From the NCBI GenBank assembly GCA_014803575.1, contig JAAVBO010000022.1, positions 4,138-68,137 on the forward strand: DNA of 64,000 nucleotides. Direction: 5' to 3'. Of this stretch, positions 60,370 to 64,000 are shown piece by piece; position 1 is the first letter of the stretch, and every line of letters starts with the position of its first letter. A program made the translations under genes and the position numbers. The notes below the pieces were generated by a model, which saw only the letters and a program-made list of their open reading frames with translations, searched no databases and was not told the DNA's origin. The DNA comes from a bacterium (GTDB lineage Bacteria; Pseudomonadota; Alphaproteobacteria; Rs-D84; CACZYB01).

Positions 60370-61719
60370 ATGCAAAGTTGGAAACAAATTCAAGAGACTG
60401 TTCAAAAAAGTATTTGTGCTTCTGCTTACAGCACTTGGATTGCGCCACTTGATTTTGACAAGATTGATCTTGATACATTATATATTGTTTCGCCAACAAG
60501 ATTTATTGCAGATTGGGTAAGAAGGAACTTCTTCTCGGAGATTTTGGTTGCTGTGCAAGCTGTTAATCCTTCTGTTAAAAATATTATTATTTCTGTCGGT
60601 GTTAAAAAAGTTGAACCTGTGGTTATTAAAGAAGAAATTCAAAAGGCAGAGCAAAAAGTTGTAAGTGTTGAAAGTGCGAATCCCGTTTTAAATGTCGGGG
60701 CGAAGGTTTCACAAAAATTTACTTTTGATAATTTTGTAAAGGGTGCATCAAATAATTTAGCAGTTGCAAGTATTCAAAGGGTTATGAGTGATGATTTTGT
60801 TTCATTTAATCCTTTGTTTATACATTCACCGTCCGGATTTGGAAAAACTCATTTGCTTAATGCTTTTGTAAATGAAATGGAGAAAATTAATCCACATAAA
60901 AGTATTATTTATATTTCGGCTGATAAATTTATGTATTCTTTTGTTAAGGCGTTAAAGGAAAATGATACTTATCGTTTTAAACAAAGTTTTAAAAGTGCGG
61001 ATATTCTTATCATTGATGATTTGCATTTTATTGTTGGTAAGGAATCTACTGCAAAGGAATTATTCCATATAATTGAGGATTATATTACAAATGGAAAGCA
61101 AGTAATTATGGCTTCGAATTCTTCTCCGTTTATGATGGAGGGGTTGAATGATAATTTGAAATCAAGAATTTCAAGCGGTTTGGTTGTGGATATAAAACCT
61201 GCTGATTTTGCTCTTCGTTCAGAGATTGTGAAAGTAAAGGCAAAATCTTTGGATTTATCGTTGGCTGACGGAATTGGTGATTTTATTGCAAGCAAGATTA
61301 CAACTTCTATTCGTGAAATTGAAGGTGCGCTTAACAGAATTTCTGCACACACTATTTTGATGAATGAGGTGCCTACACTTTCAAATATAAGGAAAATTTT
61401 GGCTGATATTTTGGCGGTTAATTCCAAACCTTTGACTATTGACGATATTAAAAAGGTTGTGGCTGAAAAGTGGGCTGTTTCCGTTTCTGATATTGATTCT
61501 GAAAGAAAGCAAAAGGAGATAGTTATTCCGCGTCAGGTTGCAATGTATATTGCAAAGAATTTGACCTCGAAAAGTTTGCCGGAGATTGGAAAATCTTTTG
61601 GTGGAAGAGATCATGCGACTGTGATTTATGCGGTAAAAAAAGTACGTGAATTGATGACTGTTAATCCGAAAATGGAACTTTTTATCAACGAAGTTGAACG
61701 TGAGTGCAGTGCATTATAA
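60370..61719 (+). CDS. dnaA: chromosomal replication initiator DnaA
   Basis: AAA+ Walker A SPSGFGKTHL, C-terminal DnaA-box binding helix (GGRDHATVIYA); ATG 60370 preferred. Confidence 0.9.
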   Translation: MQSWKQIQETVQKSICASAYSTWIAPLDFDKIDLDTLYIVSPTRFIADWVRRNFFSEILVAVQAVNPSVKNIIISVGVKKVEPVVIKEEIQKAEQKVVSVESANPVLNVGAKVSQKFTFDNFVKGASNNLAVASIQRVMSDDFVSFNPLFIHSPSGFGKTHLLNAFVNEMEKINPHKSIIYISADKFMYSFVKALKENDTYRFKQSFKSADILIIDDLHFIVGKESTAKELFHIIEDYITNGKQVIMASNSSPFMMEGLNDNLKSRISSGLVVDIKPADFALRSEIVKVKAKSLDLSLADGIGDFIASKITTSIREIEGALNRISAHTILMNEVPTLSNIRKILADILAVNSKPLTIDDIKKVVAEKWAVSVSDIDSERKQKEIVIPRQVAMYIAKNLTSKSLPEIGKSFGGRDHATVIYAVKKVRELMTVNPKMELFINEVERECSAL

Positions 61720-61803
61720 TTTTAAAGTTTGGGGAGAGAGAAATAAATAAAAATCCTTAGTTTGAGAGAGCTAAGGATTTTTTGTGTTAATTTTGAATGT
61801 GTT

Positions 61804-63975
61804 TTATTTTTTTCTGTCTTCCTTACACATATTCGGATAACTTTCTTTTGTTATAATTATTTCACCCTTTTCACCTGTTTTTATATAACAATTATTTGTT
61901 GTTACCATACCATACATTGTCATTGTGTTTGAAGTAGAACATTCGATTGTTGCATTTCCTGTATATTTTGAACAATATTTTGTTTTAAATTCAGAAGCAG
62001 TTACAGTTGATGCACCGGTAGGTGTTTGTATAGTTATGAAAGCCGGTTGAATATCTATGATATATGAACTTGTTGCTCCATTATTATCTTTGTTTTTCAA
62101 GGCTTTGTTTAAACGATTTGCCAAATCTGTTGAACATTGTCTTGCTGTTGTTGTGTTTGTAGCAAGTCTTTCTCGTTGATTGGATGAATTTGTTATATCT
62201 TCTTTGCAACACTTATGATTGTTATTGTCTCCTTTAATACTTCCATCACATTGAGCCTTAGATATGTAAGTTGATGAGTTAAGTAATTCTAATGCAACGT
62301 AAACGGATTTATTAAATTCACCTAATACATAGTCATAATTTGCATCCCTGTAAACAGCTTCATCCGGATATTGGGAAAGGACTTGTAATTGTTCGCCAAG
62401 TGTTGATTTTATACAATTTATATATTGTTCCGTATCTAATGCATATTTTATGCAGGAGTTTATGATTGCGTAGTTTGCGGTTGTGCTTCCAAAGTTGCCG
62501 GTTGCGGCGGCAATTTCGGTTTCGACTAATGCTCTGTCTGCGGTAAGGACTGCTTTTGTGACGCGTTTTGTAAGGTCAGCTATTTGTTGATTGATATTTG
62601 ATGCGAATGGGGAAGATATTCCGCCGGAAAGTATTCCAATAATATCATTTGAGTTTGATGAGGTTTCAAAATCTTTGCAAGAATAATCGCTGTTTGTTTG
62701 TTCATCCACTATAAGTCCGTTTTCATCTAATTTGATTTCACTTGTTGTGAAGGAGAAGGCGGAGACGCCGGCACATCTTGTTTCGCAAGAAGTTTTTAAT
62801 TCATTTGTTTCCGATTCAATAGTGTTTATTGTTTCGGTAAGTTTGTTTTGTACTTCGTAAAGGGTGTTTATTTTATCGTCGGAGATAGTGCCTGATACTT
62901 CATCATCGGCATTTATTGCTTCCAGTTCGGAAATGGAATCCATCAATGTGTCACGGCTTGATGTTAAAACATTAAGAGCATTTAAAAGTTCGGTTTTTAT
63001 ATAGGATTCTTTTGTATCTTTTGTGCATATAAAATCAGTAGTTGTTTTATATTTACTTGCATTTATGTAAGATTTTGCCTTGGCGTCGGCACCGGTACTG
63101 CTTATTGCATAAACAGTTACTATTTGAGGAGTTTTATCAAGTGTATTTTTTTGTTTTGAGCTGTTAAATTTTTCAATACCCAGAATATTGAAGGCCTTTG
63201 AAGTATGATTTTTCGCAGTAGCTATATCTTTTTTAACGGCATTTAAAATGTTATTATATTTTACATTTGGTTTATTGTTGCGGGCGTCAATTTCTGCTTG
63301 TTTTTGACGTGCAAGTTCGGCTTGTTTTGCCTGTTCTTCCAGTTGTGCCTGTAATTTTTGTTGTTCAAGTTTGTTTTGTGCCTCTATCTGTGCCTGTTTT
63401 GCCTTTGCATCAGCCTCTGCCTGTGCGGCCTTTACCTTAGCATCGGCGGCGGCCTTATCAGCGGCTGCCTTGTCAGCAGCGATTTTTGCTTCCTGTTGTT
63501 TAAGGGCTGTTTCGTGAGCACGTTCCTTTGCATCAAGTGTGGCTTGAACCTCATCAGCTTTGTTTCGTGCAAGACTTGAAATATAACTTGCGCAAGTGTA
63601 AGGTAGGTATGCCCCGTTTGATTTTAGGCAACCGTAGGCTAGGCTTCTGTTCGCGATTTCATCTGCACAACTTCCTTCAACAGTGCAATTGACGGCAAAG
63701 CAATCGTTTATTATTCCTTCGCATTTTGCCGTTGATGTAGATTTGTTACAACGGGCAAGGGTGGAAGGACATTTTTCCGCACGTGTTGTGAATGTTAGGG
63801 TTTCCGGTGAAAAGTCGTTAAGACAGGTTAGGCAATTTGCAGGAATGCCCTTTTTTTGATTTTTGCTTTTTGCCGGTGCGGCAAAAATGTGTGTGGAAAT
63901 ACAAAGGCAGGTGATTGCCAATAATGAAAATTCAACAATTTGTGTATAAAACTTTTTCAATTTTTCCCTCTTCAT
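61804..63975 (-). CDS. secreted Cys-rich / coiled-coil (A-K-Q repeat) surface protein, hypothetical
   Basis: Signal peptide, Cys-rich N-region, ~100-aa AKxAAD/QAxxEA coiled coil, Cys-containing C-terminus. Confidence 0.5.
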   Translation of the reverse strand: MKREKLKKFYTQIVEFSLLAITCLCISTHIFAAPAKSKNQKKGIPANCLTCLNDFSPETLTFTTRAEKCPSTLARCNKSTSTAKCEGIINDCFAVNCTVEGSCADEIANRSLAYGCLKSNGAYLPYTCASYISSLARNKADEVQATLDAKERAHETALKQQEAKIAADKAAADKAAADAKVKAAQAEADAKAKQAQIEAQNKLEQQKLQAQLEEQAKQAELARQKQAEIDARNNKPNVKYNNILNAVKKDIATAKNHTSKAFNILGIEKFNSSKQKNTLDKTPQIVTVYAISSTGADAKAKSYINASKYKTTTDFICTKDTKESYIKTELLNALNVLTSSRDTLMDSISELEAINADDEVSGTISDDKINTLYEVQNKLTETINTIESETNELKTSCETRCAGVSAFSFTTSEIKLDENGLIVDEQTNSDYSCKDFETSSNSNDIIGILSGGISSPFASNINQQIADLTKRVTKAVLTADRALVETEIAAATGNFGSTTANYAIINSCIKYALDTEQYINCIKSTLGEQLQVLSQYPDEAVYRDANYDYVLGEFNKSVYVALELLNSSTYISKAQCDGSIKGDNNNHKCCKEDITNSSNQRERLATNTTTARQCSTDLANRLNKALKNKDNNGATSSYIIDIQPAFITIQTPTGASTVTASEFKTKYCSKYTGNATIECSTSNTMTMYGMVTTNNCYIKTGEKGEIIITKESYPNMCKEDRKK

Positions 63976-64000
63976 ATTTATATAGTATACTATATTTTTT

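Overview
Low-GC (~30%) chromosomal window with long AT-rich intergenic regions and many Rho-independent terminators sharing a 'tcccc..tttt..gggga' form. Ankyrin-repeat and KAAK-repeat histone-H1-like proteins, a long acidic-tailed FtsZ, a MipZ-like ParA ATPase and dnaA without an adjacent dnaN point to an alphaproteobacterial (Rickettsiales/Holosporales-like) intracellular bacterium; this is inference, not proof. Recognisable housekeeping genes: ppiD-like (partial), tpiA, trmB, recJ, a lytic transglycosylase, ftsZ, lolCE/lolD, engB, yidC/yidD, murI, pnp-rpsO-truB, mutS, ychF, mutL, an RNase D-like exonuclease, dnaA, and tRNAs Asp(GTC), Phe(GAA) and Arg(CCG). The striking content is a T7-like podovirus structural gene set scattered across ~17181-34463. 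It comprises a SleB-like hydrolase, gp9-like scaffold, gp10-like capsid, gp11/gp12-like tail tubular A/B, a gp17 N-terminal adaptor only, and the gp19 large terminase cleanly split into an ATPase half at 24428-25042 and a nuclease half at 32546-33427, with the gp8-like portal abutting the nuclease half. There are no integrase, replication, RNAP or internal-core genes. The 7.5 kb between the terminase halves carries a consensus sigma70 promoter feeding a 48-nt repeat / ~66-nt structured-spacer array, and a paralogous array with compensatory stem changes. Each array is followed by a hypothetical ORF, and the region also holds tRNA-Phe with a duplicated 3' end interrupted by a GC-rich 153-bp tandem insert, and ftsZ. 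The likeliest readings are a domesticated or decaying T7-like particle module with novel structured-RNA plus ORF cargo; these are leads, not demonstrated systems.
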